A stretch of 64,000 nt of DNA from Negaprion brevirostris (Eukaryota): NCBI GenBank assembly GCA_030324005.1, contig JARDVH010000121.1, positions 25,145,096 to 25,209,095 of the forward strand, written 5' to 3'. Position 1 is the first letter of the stretch. Each line of letters begins with the position of its first letter. Below, piece after piece: positions 25,016-38,274 of the stretch. The position numbers and the translations under genes were made by a program. Below the pieces are notes generated by a model. It saw nothing but the letters and a program-made list of their open reading frames with translations. It made no database searches and was not told the origin of the DNA.

Positions 25016-26129
25016 AGTTAGTGCCCAGTTAAGGGTTGCATCCCGTTGCCACTCTGATTTAATAGGCAGTGCGAGGGGCCGAAACTCAGTGTGCATCCTA
25101 GAAGGTTTAACCTTGTTGGCAGTTTAAAGGGCAAGGTTCCTCTCAATTCTTACATTCACCCTCCCATTCTTCCTGTCCAACATGTCCCCTTGCTGGGGTC
25201 TGTTAGACCAGCCCCACAAAAATACTTGTGGAAGTGAATTTCTCCCTCCTTGGTCTGCGGCTATACCGGCATCTGCCATTGTTTCTGGCACCGCTCATGT
25301 GCAAAGCTATTGGCCTCCAACTGGCCAGCAGTTCTATGAGACAGGACTTCTTCCTGGAGACAGATGGAAGTCCCATCTCATACTAATTAAAAGGCCATCA
25401 CCTGAAAAATTGAAGCACAGCAAGCCAGCTAAGTGGAGGATGGTTGTCCCCAACAGTTATGCTGGGTTGCGGATAGGGCCAGGCATTGAAATCAATGGCC
25501 ATGGTTCTTCTCCTGTTTCTGGACCTATTATTATCTCACCCCCTCACATTCGTCAGGTGTCCAGAATTTGGAACAGTAGGGCAATGTGTTTGAAATAAAT
25601 TTTTAGCAAAACTTGTTGGCCTTTGTACTCTGTCTTAACAAAGCGTATTGAAAGTTCACATTTCAATATGGTACACTTTACAACCAGGCCTTGTAAAGTG
25701 TCAGACAGTTGCACATGACTTAGTTGTTCCTATTATACAACCAGCATTAGTTTGTGACCTGGCCCTATGCAATATCTGGACAGCAGCATCCAAAATACTT
25801 CAACCTCAAGCACCACAAACAACAATCCCACGTACAAATGAGGATATCTTGAATTAACAATGACATATGCTTGAGAATATCTTGAACCAAGTGAAAAATA
25901 TTATTGGCACATTCAAGTTTAAAAATGGTAAATTTGCATCAATCAATTCACCTGCACTAATTTGCTATTACTAACCATTGAAAGGGGGCTCTATTAACAT
26001 AAAACAATACAGTGTATTTGGTCTCCACAGTGTAGAAACCTTATCTTGAGCAGTGAATATAAATGAGTTCCTTTCTGAGACAGAGCCAGTTGAATTTTCA
26101 GATGTTTCCTGGATGTTTTGTGAATGGGT

Positions 26130-26373
26130 CAAGAGATGGACTTCCTATAGAAACTCTGCACACATGGAGCAGTTGAACCAGGAGCACTCTTCATCACAAC
26201 GGATGTCTCGGCATTCTACACCAGCATCCCCCACGATGATGGCATTGCTGCAACTGCCTCCGTACTCAATGCCGACAACTGTCAGTTTCCAGATGCAATT
26301 TTACAACTCATCCACTTCATCCTGGACCACAATGTCTTCATCTTCAACACCCAGTTCTTCATCCAGACACATG
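26130..26373 (+). mobile_element. Penelope-like element reverse transcriptase fragment
   Basis: DFL*KL...LFITTDVSAFYTSIPHDDGIAA...ILQLIHFILDHNVFIFNTQFFIQTH matches the Penelope-type DV.sLYTsIP motif and N.F.F....Q..G; truncated by the gap. Confidence 0.8.
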
Positions 26374-26473
26374 NNNNNNNNNNNNNNNNNNNNNNNNNNN
26401 NNNNNNNNNNNNNNNNNNNNNNNNNNNNNNNNNNNNNNNNNNNNNNNNNNNNNNNNNNNNNNNNNNNNNNNNN

Positions 26474-26550
26474 ATAGCTCAACCCCCTCAACTCCGGTAT
26501 CAGCCTAGTAAACCTCCTCTGCACTCCCTCCAAGGCCAAAATATCCTTAT
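26474..26550 (-). mobile_element. CR1 LINE fragment
   Basis: ALEGVQRRFTRLIPELRGLSY on the minus strand. Confidence 0.75.
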
Positions 26551-26774
26551 GTTCTTAAACTTTCTGGCTAGGGCTGAATTTTTGTTAGGAAGACAAGAAA
26601 CAGGAGCTGGGTCAGTTTTTGGCTCAGAAACAATGGCCCCCTGGTGAAAATACATATTGTCATGTCAGGAATGCCCTGAATTGATATGGAGATGATTTTC
26701 TAGTCTCACTGTGGTGGAACCTGCTGAGGGAGATGTGCCAACTCTGCCCAAAGGCCATTCAGTGGGCCCCTGAG

Positions 26775-26912
26775 TGCCCCAAATGTATAGGCTAGGGGAT
26801 TAGCAAGTAAATATATGGACATAGGGCCTGGGTAAGATACCCTGTTGGAGAGATGGTGCAGACTCAATGGGCCAAATGGCTTCATTCTGTACTGTAGGGA
26901 TCTATGAGCCTA
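26775..26912 (+). mobile_element. HE1-like SINE 3' part
   Basis: ggtgcagactcaatgggccaaatggcttcattctgtactgtaggga. Confidence 0.7.
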
Positions 26913-28985
26913 TGTAATCAGTGGTTTGTGCCAAAGTCTTTCATCCTGCAAGATGCATTGGTCTACAGCTGTTTGTGAGATGCCACTCATGTCTGCAGTT
27001 GATTTTTGGAAGGACCTAGGAGTGAAGAATTTCAAAGCCATAGTGAGTTTGATGGCCACTGACAGGGCATGGTGACCAAAGCTGCGAGGTATGAGCTTTT
27101 TGGCAACAAGGGCACAGATGTCAGTGCCAATCTGTGTGGAGAATCACTGCCACCTTTGGCACGGTAGCTACATCTTTGGCGGTAGATCCTGAAAGGATTT
27201 GGCCTCCATTTGCCTTTCTGCATCTTGTTCCTCTCTCATGCCCCACAAAGCCTTCTTGCCTCTCAGCACTACTGGTCCAAAATCTGAGAGTCATGCCCCG
27301 CCTGCCAGTTGTAGCCTTTTAGCTGGCTGGCTGTCTTATTGTAATGACACCCTTGCCCCCTGCTCCTCTGCCCCCGTGATGTCGGTGGGCAGGGGGAGGG
27401 GGTGGGGATCACACAGTATGACTGCTTAATGTCCACTCTTCCTGTCGCCTGTGCAGCACTTAAGGGCACCTAATTGCCTGATGTCAGGAGACTTTCTCCT
27501 TACTTGGGTGAGACTGATGACCTGGAGCAGCTTTGACTGGTTCTCCACTGTCTACCCATCTCTCCTCAACTGTTCTCAACCTAACAGCTTCTGAATCTGT
27601 CCCATGCGTATCCCATCCTTTGACTTCAGTGGGCTCAACAAGTGCAATTGACCTTGATGGCCCACCTTCCACCACCCTGGTGATGATTACTGGTCATGAT
27701 GTGGAGATGCTGGCGTTGGACTGGGGTAAACACAGTAAGAAGATTATTGGTAATCAGTAAGATGATTACTGGCACTAGGATTGGCAACGCCTGGTGCCAA
27801 TATTTACAGAAATATCCCCACCTCCATTCCCATCTTTGGGGAACCCTGAAAACTCAGCCCCAGGTGTCTGAAGTGTGACTTGAATTGACAAATTTCTGAC
27901 TCAAGAGGGGCGAGAATTCTGCCTTCTAAGCCTCAGCATCATGCAGCTGGCTGCTCCTGATTTATAATCTCTGCCCCTCCCAGTATTGAAAGCACTTAAT
28001 ATACCTTTCATGCCTCATGCAGACGTGTGGTGAATCACAGGTGAAAACTCATCCCTTGGGGCATCGTATTGTTACATCAATACATAAGTTGAAGTTTAAA
28101 GGACTTGCTGAGTCCAATTTTCAACTAGAAACACTCGTCCAGCATTTCCCACTGTTGTAAGCGTTTCAATGTTAAACTATTTGTAAAAAGCACTGGACCA
28201 GATGATTCCAAAGGTATTGGGACTGCAGGAGAAACTGCTGCCTACGGAGGGCAGCAGAGTAGGGTTGGAGGTAGGTAATTTGGAATTACTGCTTAATTAC
28301 TATTGGGATCAAAGAGTATTTATACTGCACCTCAAGAGATTATTTAAATAGCATTGAAGCTACAATTGTGCAGATTATATGCGGTGTGTGAAATGAGCAG
28401 GAATGAATACTTCTTGCCAAAGCGTACCAGAAACCATCTGATTTTTTTGGTGAATTTACTGCACTTTCCCATGTCAAAATTCGCTTCTTGGCTCTGTTCA
28501 TGGACAAAAGAAAAATATGGTAACACTGTTTATTCAAAACTGGAATCAGCTCAAAATATCACGAGGAAAAAATTGGGATGGGAATTTCTAGTCTAACTGT
28601 TGTGGTGATTTTGTCTGTTCTGGGGGCAGGAGAAACTGGGTAAGGGACAAGAAATGTAAACAAAATGACCTGTGTATGAAATAGCAGCAAAATTATAACA
28701 ACTATCAGTAACACATTTCACAACAAATAGTACTGATGCTATCTGTCATTTGGCAGTAAGATAAATTATATAACATGATAGAATTAGTTAAAGTGGAAAT
28801 TGGCACATGTGGAACATAACCAGCTGAACTGGATTGAATACGGTAAATATTATTTAAATTTATGCATAACGTAGAGTTTTAATTTNNNNNNNNNNNNNNN
28901 NNNNNNNNNNNNNNNNNNNNNNNNNNNNNNNNNNNNNNNNNNNNNNNNNNNNNNNNNNNNNNNNNNNNNNNNNNNNNNNNNNNNN

Positions 28986-29088
28986 GAGAAGATTTTCTAA
29001 ACTGTTTCCTGGAATGAAGAAGTTGTCTTATGAGGAAATGTTGAGCAGGTTAGGCTTATACTAAAAGGAGTTTAGAAGAATGAGAGTT
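28986..29088 (+). mobile_element. CR1 internal fragment
   Basis: RRFSKLFPGMKKLSYEEMLSRLGLY..EFRRMR. Confidence 0.75.
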
Positions 29089-30199
29089 AATATTATTTAA
29101 ATTTATTCATAACGTATAGTTTTAATTTTATTTAGAAATGCAGCAATTTAACTCCTTGGAGACCATTCTCCCAATAATCTATGAATGAGAAGAATTTCAA
29201 ATTTTACCTTGAAGTACAAGTTGCTCATAAGCTATGTGTGAAAAGCCTAGGTTATCAGGACTACAGCCGAATCCAAAGGCATTTTTGTGGCATGGATCAA
29301 AACTGCCTTCATAACCCGAAGGCAACATTGTAACACTCCTGGAAATTGTTGCAAATACTGCTTCAGAATTGTGAGTCAGAGTGAATTGTGTAATGTAGTC
29401 ATTGCAATGGCATTAAAAGCCAAAGGTGTGCCTGTGTACGTAAGTGTGTATCATATCCATATTCAACTTCTACCTGGTGGTGCCTTCTGCTATATCACAG
29501 CCACACTTCCTGGGCTGTGGAGCTGCTCATTAAACTTCTCTTAGTCATCCACCTAATTCCTTCTTTCATTCTCTTCTCTCTCTCTCGCACTCAAACCAGT
29601 CCTGTCATAGCTGTAATGTTGCATTTCCCATTGCTGTGATACCTGGGTCTTCCTCCTTGCCTTTTGTCCCCCTCCCTCCTAACTAAAGCATCGATACTCC
29701 CCCGATCCCCATGACCCCAGTTCTTTGACACCCTAGTTCTCTGACATTTCAGATCTTTTGCACAGTCTCACCATCGACCAAACCCCAGCACCCTGTCCCC
29801 AGAATGACAAGTTCCATGATCCCTTCTATAGTTCTGCGAATCCTCCAGTAAAATCAACCCACTGTGATGAAAATACATGATCATTCCAATGTTATACTTC
29901 CAGAGATGCAACCTCCCCTTTCAGTATTATAAAATACCAAATATAAGTATCTCCTGTACAATCTTCCTTTGTATCCTCAGACCTCAAAATGGAAAATGAA
30001 TAAAAATTAAGTGCAAAAATAAAGGAAGGTATGTATTAAAGAATTTGCAATCTTTCCTAATGGACAAGGTTGTAGAATTCCATCACAAAACATTCACTAA
30101 AATCCTAAAATACCATGAGACGTTACCCCCTAAATGCCAAAACAATTTTATTGTTTTAAAATGGTGTGAACTCTAACTCACAAGGAGCAACAGCACAGC

Positions 30200-30950
30200 A
30201 CTAATTTTTATTTATAAAGGCACTAGCCTTTCACTGAAGCATGGTAAAGATTTGACGCTGAATGGCATAAGGAAATATTTGGGCAAATGGGTTGGTCAAA
30301 GAAGTAGGCTTTAAAAAGTATTTTAAGAAGCATCTTAAGTGGGGAAAGGGAGATAGGGAGTGATTTGGGGTCTATGGTGGTTGAAATTATAGCCACTAAT
30401 GATGGAGCAATTATAACTGGGATTGTCAAAATATTAGAATTACAGAAGTACTGGTATTTCAGAGGAATTTGAAAAAAGGATGGGAATTTTAAAATTGAAG
30501 CATTGTTAATTGAGAGACAATATAAGTTAGCGAGCATAAGGTGATAGGTGAATATGACTTGGTACCAAGTAGGACAGGGACAAATGAGATTTGATGACCT
30601 CTAGTTTATGAAGGGTAGAATGTGAGACACCAGCAGGCACATGTTAATATAGCCAAGTCTAGAGGTAACAACAACATGGTTGAGGGTTTCATCAACNNNN
30701 NNNNNNNNNNNNNNNNNNNNNNNNNNNNNNNNNNNNNNNNNNNNNNNNNNNNNNNNNNNNNNNNNNNNNNNNNNNNNNNNNNNNNNNNNNNNNNNNCAAC
30801 AACATGGTTGAGGGTTTCATCAACAGATGAGCTGAGGCAGGAATGGAGTTGGATGTTGTTACAGAAATGGAAATGCACTGTTTTAGTGATAGATGAAAAC
30901 ACACTTGGAATCACATCTTAGGGTGAAATGTGACATAAAGTTTGTGCAGT
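30200..30950 (-). mobile_element. L2-type LINE 3' region
   Basis: Minus strand FHFCNN..LHSCLSSSVDETLNHVVVTSRL resembles L2 RT C-terminus; ggtcaaagaagtaggctttaa tail motif. Confidence 0.6.
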
Positions 30951-31096
30951 ATTTTGTACAGTAGGCTGTCTGCTACCCTGTCTGTTGAGGATGTGTAGCT
31001 GGTTCAATGGCTGCTTGCCATTAATTCACTGGTCCTTTCAAACTGCAGTACCCAACAGGACGATGGTGACAAGGATAGGGTGGAGTTCTGTTTTCA

Positions 31097-31370
31097 GAGA
31101 ATCCCTTCAGTATAGAAGGAGGCCATTCAGCCCATTGAGTTTTCACCTACTCTCAGACAGAGCATCTTACCCATGCCCTATCTCTGTAACCCCATGTATT
31201 TACCCTGCTAATCATTGTACTGTGGGAGGAAACTGGAGCACCCAAAGGAAATCCATGCAGACCCGGGGAGAACGTGCAAATTCCACACAGACAGTGACCT
31301 AAAGCTGGAATTGAATCCAGGTCCTTGACGCTGTGAGGCAGCAGAACTAACCACTGTGTAACCATGCTGC
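31097..31370 (-). mobile_element. HE1-like V-SINE
   Basis: Reverse-complement head, core and type-A tail, with an internal deletion. Confidence 0.8.
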
Positions 31371-31794
31371 TCCATTTTACATTCCCTTTGAGAAATGAAG
31401 GACTGAAGAACATTGTGACACATTTTTGCAATTCCTAAAGTTGACCTGGAGGAAGTTTGATCAGTGTGAAAGATTGTGTTAAGCTCAGTGAGTATAGTAC
31501 ACAATTCAAAGAACTAAATTGGCACTCAGGGCATGTTTGGGGACAATGCAGAATTCAACCTTAACAATGAGGTATAATTACCAAAAAGGTATCATATTTG
31601 GCTGAAAATGAATAAAATAAGAGCTGAGAATGAATTTCAGTGCCAGTGCAATGCCAGATACGGATACAGATGAGGCTGGAGAATGGGACTAGCTGTATAG
31701 CTTTTTTGGGAGCTGGTGCAGACATGATGGGCCGAATGGCCTCCTGTATGTAAAATTCTATGAATCAATTTGCTGAATGTTCTGTTTTGTGATA

Positions 31795-32560
31795 CCCTCC
31801 AAGGCCAAAATATCCTTCCTGTGTTCCAGTGCTCAAAACTAAATGCAATTCTCCGGAGGAGCTCTGACCAAGACTCTCTAAAACTGAAGCACTATTTCTT
31901 TGTCTTGGTCTTTCATCTTTTATGAGATAGAGAGCAACATTCAGTTCACCTTTATGTACTTCTTCACTAATTTTTAGTGGTTCATGTACCTAAAGAATAA
32001 GATGCCATTGCTCCTCCTGTTTCTCGTCATTAAGATCATATTCTGATTTGCCTTTCTTGGATCCACATTGGATGACCTCACCCTTTCTCACATTGAACTC
32101 CAGCCATAGTTTTTCCTACTCACTCAGTCGGTCTGTTGTTTGTTGGGTTGATGTTACCTGTGGTGTGTGCCGGTTAGATACCATTAAGCAGTCTTGTAGA
32201 AGTTACCAAGAAGGTGTTATTAACATTGCTGAACTATGTACATATTTGCAGTAGAGGGTACAAGTATGGAAAGAGCTGTATGGCATGTCCTTGCATGTTG
32301 CTACCTAGTTCGGTACAGTCCTGCTAACCTACACTTTAGCTCAGGTGTCTTCTTACATCACAGGTAGGCAGCACTGTACTCAGACCCAGATTAACTTTAA
32401 TGTACCAGATCCTTCGATGACACCTTTGTAATTCTATCTTTCTGCTTCTCTTAACTTAGTGCCAGCTTCAAACTTGGTCGATAAACTCTGCATTTGTTCA
32501 TCCAAGTCATTGTTATGTATGATGAAAGGCTGAAACACTGGTACAGTTCCCTAGGCACAT
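31795..32560 (-). mobile_element. Old CR1 LINE fragments
   Basis: ccctccaaggccaaaatatccttcct...ctcaaaactaaatgcaattctcc and ttcatccaagtcattgttatgtatgatgaa motifs. Confidence 0.5.
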
Positions 32561-32717
32561 GTCACACTCCCTTTATCCCGACATTGTCTATACCTCAAAA
32601 CCAATTGTAAACCCTCTTCTGAAAGTTCCCTCTAATTTCATAATCCGTGCAGTATAATATTTCAAGATCTACCATTGAAAATTTAAATCTGGTTTGTTCT
32701 GATAAATTAGTATTTGA

Positions 32718-33058
32718 GTGGGTGGCATGGTAGCACAGTGGTTAACACTGCTGTCTCACAACTCCAGGGACCTGGGTTCAATCCCCAGCATGGATTACTG
32801 TGTGGGTTTGTATGTACTCCCCGTGTCTGCGTGGGTTTTCTCCGGGTGCTCGGGTTTCCTCCCACAGTCCAAAAACCTGCGGGTTAGGTGCATTGGTCAT
32901 GCTAAATTGCCCCTTTGTGTCACAGGATGCGTAGGTGAAAGGGACTAGCAGGGTTAACATATGGGGTTTTGGGGATAGAACCTGGGTGGGATTGTTGTTG
33001 GTGCAGACTCAATGGGCTGAATGGCCTCCTGCACTGTAGAGTTTCTATGGTTTCTATG
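32718..33058 (+). mobile_element. Full-length HE1-like V-SINE
   Basis: A box tagcacagtgg, B box ggttcaatccc, V core, tail atggcctcctgcactgtagagtttctatgg. Confidence 0.88.
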
Positions 33059-33814
33059 ACCTGATCTGATTAAGGACTGCATCCTGAAAGATTAAATTTT
33101 ACAGCAAGTGAACATGAAGTGACAAGCTTCTGTATGCCTATACAATCTTCGTTGGGCATAGTTAATTAAAATTAAATCTTCCAAATCCATCACATCTGGA
33201 TTTTCTAGAAACACAGATAGCTACTACGTGTACTTGGCAAGTCAAGTACAACTTATCCTAATCCTATCTGCTTTCTGCTACCTCCTCCCACGTCAGCCAC
33301 CTCTGGAACCTCCGGCTAAAATCTATACCTCGCAATTGGAGCCATCTACAGAGAATTTTTCTGTGCCATTACACATTACACAGAGGGGATCTCTGTGCGG
33401 GCTGCTCCTGCATGCCCAGACACACGCCAACTCGCCAAGGAGCTCAGGTGGATGGTTTCAGTTGAACATTTTTTACATTGGCCCTTGCTCAAACAACATT
33501 TTTGATGCTCATTTGGAGAGCCGGTGCGGACACAATGGGCCAAATGGCCTCCTTTTGCACTGTAACAATTCTGTGATCTTGATTTTAACATTTCCACCCT
33601 TCTGTTCAAATTCGTCTATGGCCACATTCCCTCCCTCTGTGTTATATCCTGCAGCCNNNNNNNNNNNNNNNNNNNNNNNNNNNNNNNNNNNNNNNNNNNN
33701 NNNNNNNNNNNNNNNNNNNNNNNNNNNNNNNNNNNNNNNNNNNNNNNNNNNNNNNNTCGTTGGGCCGAAGGGCCTGTTTCCCGTGCTGGGTTGTTCTTTG
33801 TTCTTTTGTATTAA

Positions 33815-34235
33815 TTGGTGGCTGTGCCTTTAGTTGTCTCTGCATCAAGGCTTAGAATTCCCTTGTATACCTCTCCAACTCTCTACCTCACTTTCCACAT
33901 AAAACCTTCCTTTTTGATCATGGACAGGACTCTCTGGCCTTCCAGCCATGTGTTTATTGACAGTGGGAAGTGGAGTGACATTTGCCGGTGGCAGGATTTT
34001 CTAGTCCCATCCTGTTGATGGTATTTCCCATTTATTCCATCCCACACTGCCGGGAAACCTGCAGCTGGGATGTGTTGTCACTGGGAGAGGAAGATCCCAC
34101 TGGCGTGAACAGCCAGAGAATTCCAGCCCATGGTTTCAGTCAAATATAGGGCATGGTGTAATATTTTGTTTTATAATATTCATGTGGAAACATTATTATG
34201 TTAATGTCCTATGTAAACATAAGTTGTTGTTGAAA
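33815..34235 (+). mobile_element. L2 3' end interrupted by a MITE (~33989-34129)
   Basis: L2 tail (tgcctttag...gaattccct...ctctacctc) resumes after the MITE and ends aagttgttgttg. The MITE ends are ggcaggattttc and gagaattccagccc. Confidence 0.55.
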
Positions 34236-34264
34236 TTATAACCATTTATTTATAGTTTTCTTAC

Positions 34265-34918
34265 ACAAGTGCTGGTACAGCAAGAGATTAGGAAGGCAAA
34301 TGGAATTATGTTATTTATTGCAAGAAAAATGGAATATAAAAGTAGGGATGTTGTGCTACAATTGTAGGGGAAGTTGGCGAGACTCCATCTGGAGTATTGT
34401 GTACACTGTTTGGTCTCTTTATTTAAGAAAGGATATGACTGCGTTAGAAGCAGTGCAGAGAACATTCATTTCACTGATACCTGGGATGGGGGGTTTGGGT
34501 GTGTGTTATCTTATGAGTCAAGGTTAGTCAGGCTGAACTTATATCCATTGAAGGTTAGAAGAATGAGAGCTGACTGAAACATAGAAGATCCCAGGTGGAT
34601 GCTGAAAGACTGTTTCCCCTTGTGAGAAAGACTAGAAATGGGGACATAGTTTAAAAATGGAGGGTCTCCCATTTCAGATGGAGATGAGAAGGATCTTTTC
34701 TCTTAGAGAGTTATGAGTCTTTGGAACTTTCTTCCATGAGTGTTAGAGGAAGGGTCACTGAATATTTAAGGCTGGTGTAGATCAATTCTTGACTAACAAG
34801 GGAGCAAGGTTTTTGAGGGTAGATAGACTGTGGAGTTGAGGCCACAATGGAGCCATGATCTTATTGAATGATGGAGTAGGCTTGAGGCCTACTTCTACTC
34901 TTAGTTCAGATGTTTATG
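34265..34918 (+). mobile_element. CR1/HER1 LINE 3' end just upstream of the exon
   Basis: KANGIM.FIA..MEYKSR.V.LQL...HLEYCV...LEAVQR.F; tail gccatgatcttattgaatg...ggcctact. Confidence 0.85.
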
Positions 34919-35050
34919 ATACAAAACCCATGGAAATATGTTCCACTTATGTTCTCTGTTACCCATTTTTGTTTTTGACCAAATTAGTCCATGAAATTGA
35001 ACAGTTGTGTTTGGAAGAAGTTACTGATAAACATTTCTTCTTTCACCCAG

Positions 35051-35248
35051 AATTCACAATCGCTGGACACCTGCATTCAACGCATCCTCTCTGCTTTGTA
35101 TCCTCCGTTTGATGCCACTGCTCCCACGGTCCTCAGCCAGATTTTCAGGGTCATTGACACGGTGTACAAGGGAGATGGGCTCTGCTGTTTACTGGATTTC
35201 CTAATTCCAGCAAAGCGAATCCTGGAGACTGTGCAGCAAGAGGCTTGT
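35051..35248 (+). CDS. KIAA1755: KIAA1755-like (PLEKHG4/ARHGEF40 family) coding exon, N-terminal conserved domain part 1
   Basis: Polypyrimidine tract plus CAG acceptor (ttcttctttcacccag, AG at 35049-35050). 198 nt = 66 codons, [66 protein letters not shown], then a GTAAGT donor at 35249. Matches the recalled family N-terminus; SLDT..Q, GDGL and [10 protein letters not shown] fit KIAA1755 best. Confidence 0.9.
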
Positions 35249-36814
35249 GTAAGTGTGACAAGTGACAATGTGCTTGTCTGCCTGTCTTTATTTAAATCGC
35301 AAAGAGCGGGAAGACAGATTAATTGCTGTGATCTGAATTAATATGAACCTGTTTACCTTCTTTCTGAAGGTATTCTCTTTATAAAAGTAATCTGGGTCTC
35401 CTGCCCTTTATGTTGTTGGGTGGACCATTCTGTTTAATGAACTACACAACCTCTACATGGTCATAGATTGGGCCATTGAATACATTTGCTTCAGGCATTA
35501 TGTGATGGAGTTTCACAACACTCTCTATTTAGTTGTAAAATAGACACATTTAGACTAATTTGACAATCAATTGCTTCATCTATACATCTGACTGGAACTT
35601 GTCAAGCGTTATTAGCCTTTAATTTTCCCTGACACAATCGTTCATTATTTCAGGATTATCAGAGCAAAGATAAGCTTTGTGTCATTTTCTTCATGACTGA
35701 CTGTTTCTCTAAACCCATATCCCATGTCCCAACATGCTAGGAGCTCATGAACTTTCTTGTCAGCAAGGGTGAGACAATTTGTTCAGCTACATTAATCTGC
35801 TTCATTCCCTTTACCCTGACCACCTCCTGACCTCACCCTGAACCCCCATTATTCTTTTGTTTCTCTTCTATTTCTCCTCTTGTCTTTCCAACTTGCCCAT
35901 TGGACCCACTTCCAGCTTCCTTGACCTCAGTTCCGCTACATATGTTTGAGTATATATTCCCGTGAAATGCTGAAATTCCAAAAGCAAAATGCTCCATAAG
36001 TTGCTATATTAAACTAGAGCCTTGTTTGCTTGCTTCAGATGGTTTCTGATTGCTTTGAGAGGCATGGTTACCATAAATATAGTAAAAGAGTTAAGGATTA
36101 CTTATATATTCTAAGAAAATTTACAGTGCCAAGATTTTAATGTTGAGTGAATAATAAAGTACAGAATTAGATCAATGAACAATTCACATTATTACTTAAA
36201 GAGGATTTAGCAATCTATTACTTTAATAGATTTTAAAACCCATGCATTTGCTGCTTACTATATTCTGTATAGAAAGTTAAGGAATAAATGGACAAAGTCA
36301 GAGGCTTTGCACATCTACCTGGTTTGAACTGCTACAACTCAGAGATCCTGTGTAAGAGATGGAAACCAATGATATTTCGAAACCTGAGTGAAAACTGTAA
36401 TCACTCCACCAGCTAAACAATCATTATTCATCATTCTAATTGAAAAAAAAACTCATAGGAAGTTGAAATGTGCTTATAACATTAGTGATTCAGTAATGCA
36501 TCACAGTGGAAGTCAGAGGGTAGGTCTGTTCTTTCCTGAAAGTAGATGAAGCAGCTGACCAATACAATAGGAGCAATATTCAAGCTGTGGCAGGATATTA
36601 ACATGGGCTGTAGGCATGAATTAAGATGCAAGATTAATAAACCTGAGGTTACAATAAAGATTTGAATGGGTAGTAGATGAGCCTAGAAGTTTTTTCCCTT
36701 TTTTTTCCCACCTGTTCCAAGAGATTGCATATTTGTGTAGAGGTAGCCAGTGAATGATGGAATTGGCATGAAAGTTACACTGTACCAAAGTGTGACAGGC
36801 TCAATGGACCAGCT

Positions 36815-37218
36815 GGTTTGATTTGTTACTGTCATATATATTTGCATACTGTGACAAGTATTGTTTCTTGCACGCTATACAGACAAAGCATACCATTCAT
36901 AGAGAAGAAAATGAGACAGTGCAGAATGTAGTGTTAAAATTATAGTTAGGGTGTAGAAAAAGATCAACTTAATGCAGGGTTGGTCCATTCAAAAGTCTGG
37001 TGGCAGCAGGGAAGAAGCTCTTCTTGAGTCAGTCGGTACGTGACCTCAGATTTTTGTATCTTTTTTCCGATGGAAGAAAGTGGATGAGAGAATATCCAGG
37101 GTGTGTGGGGTCCTTAATTATGCTAGCTGCTTTGCCGAGGCAGTGGCAAGCGTAGACAGAGTCAGTGGCTGGGAGGCTGGTTTACATGATGGATCGGGCT
37201 ACATTCACGACCTTTTGC
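36815..37218 (-). mobile_element. Rex1/Babar LINE 3' end
   Basis: Reverse complement of the element at 230-620. Confidence 0.8.
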
Positions 37219-37994
37219 TGTCATTTTTCATCAGTTTGTGCATTAGGATAGACTCCCAAGGCTGTGTCAAATTAACTCTTCTTATTTAAAAAAGGGTAAA
37301 CAGCTGATCACAAATGGGATAGAGGAATAAAGGTTTAAGATAAGACTAAGTTAATAATATTATCCATGGAACACAGTGATTCCTATGTTGCTATGAGACT
37401 GAGGATATATCATCTGTATGAAGCAACCAAAGAGAATTAAACAAATGAAGTAGACTGTCTGAAATTTCACCTAATTATCTTTGAGGGCCAAGGAGACATT
37501 ATTAAAAATCTCTGATTAGAAAATCCAGCAAGCTCACAGAGTCAGTTAACTGAACATGTGCACAATTATATAGATACTGTAGACAGAGTGCTTACAGGAT
37601 TGAAAAACATTTTATGCTTCCTTCTATCCAGCATTGTGTGATGTTCTGGCAAACCAGAATTGGTTGAAATGCAACCTTTCTGATGCACTGGGGAACAACT
37701 AATTTTGACTCAGGATTATCACACAATCTTGACTGTTGGATGGAAGAGCAGATGTAAATAAATAAACTTTAAAATAGTGTATTCTATCCATCCCAATCAC
37801 CTTCAAGCACCAGGACTTTGAAACATAAAAATAGCTAAAAAGTTTTGTCAGCAATATTGAAATTTTATTATCTTGCATGGAGAGGATTATCAGAAAGCTA
37901 TTGTCCCTCTGGATAAAGGATGACTAGCTTCCATATTAAAAATGAGTTCTTAGATGACTGAGGAGACCAATGCACGACCTGCAAACCAATTTAT

Positions 37995-38262
37995 GGGCAG
38001 CACGTTAGCACAGTGGTTAGCACTGCTGTCTCACAACTCCAGGGACCTGGGTTTGATTCCCAGCTTGGGTCACTGTCTGCGTGGGTTTGCACATACTCCC
38101 CATGTGTGGATTTCCTCTGGTTGCTCAGATTTTCTCCCACAGTCTAAAGATGTGCAGGTCAGATTGATTGGCCATGCTAAATTGCCCATTAGTGTCCTGG
38201 GATGGTAGGTTTAGGGGATTAGCGGGGTTAACATGTGGAGTTTCGGGGATAGGACCTGGGTC
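37995..38262 (+). mobile_element. HE1-like V-SINE
   Basis: tagcacagtggttagcactgc head, ggtttgattcc B box, core; 3' end truncated. Confidence 0.85.
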
Positions 38263-38274
38263 CTACCTGGGTCC

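Noticed and set aside
30669-30824. Identical 28-bp repeat on both sides of a 100-N gap
   Set aside because: This is the typical unmerged contig overlap, an assembly artefact.
32718-32790. tRNA-like A/B-box sequences
   Set aside because: They continue into SINE cores and lack a full cloverleaf, so they are not tRNA genes.
35249-35341. C-terminal extension of ORF 34991-35341
   Set aside because: It lies past a strong GTAAGT donor; family homology resumes at 63288.
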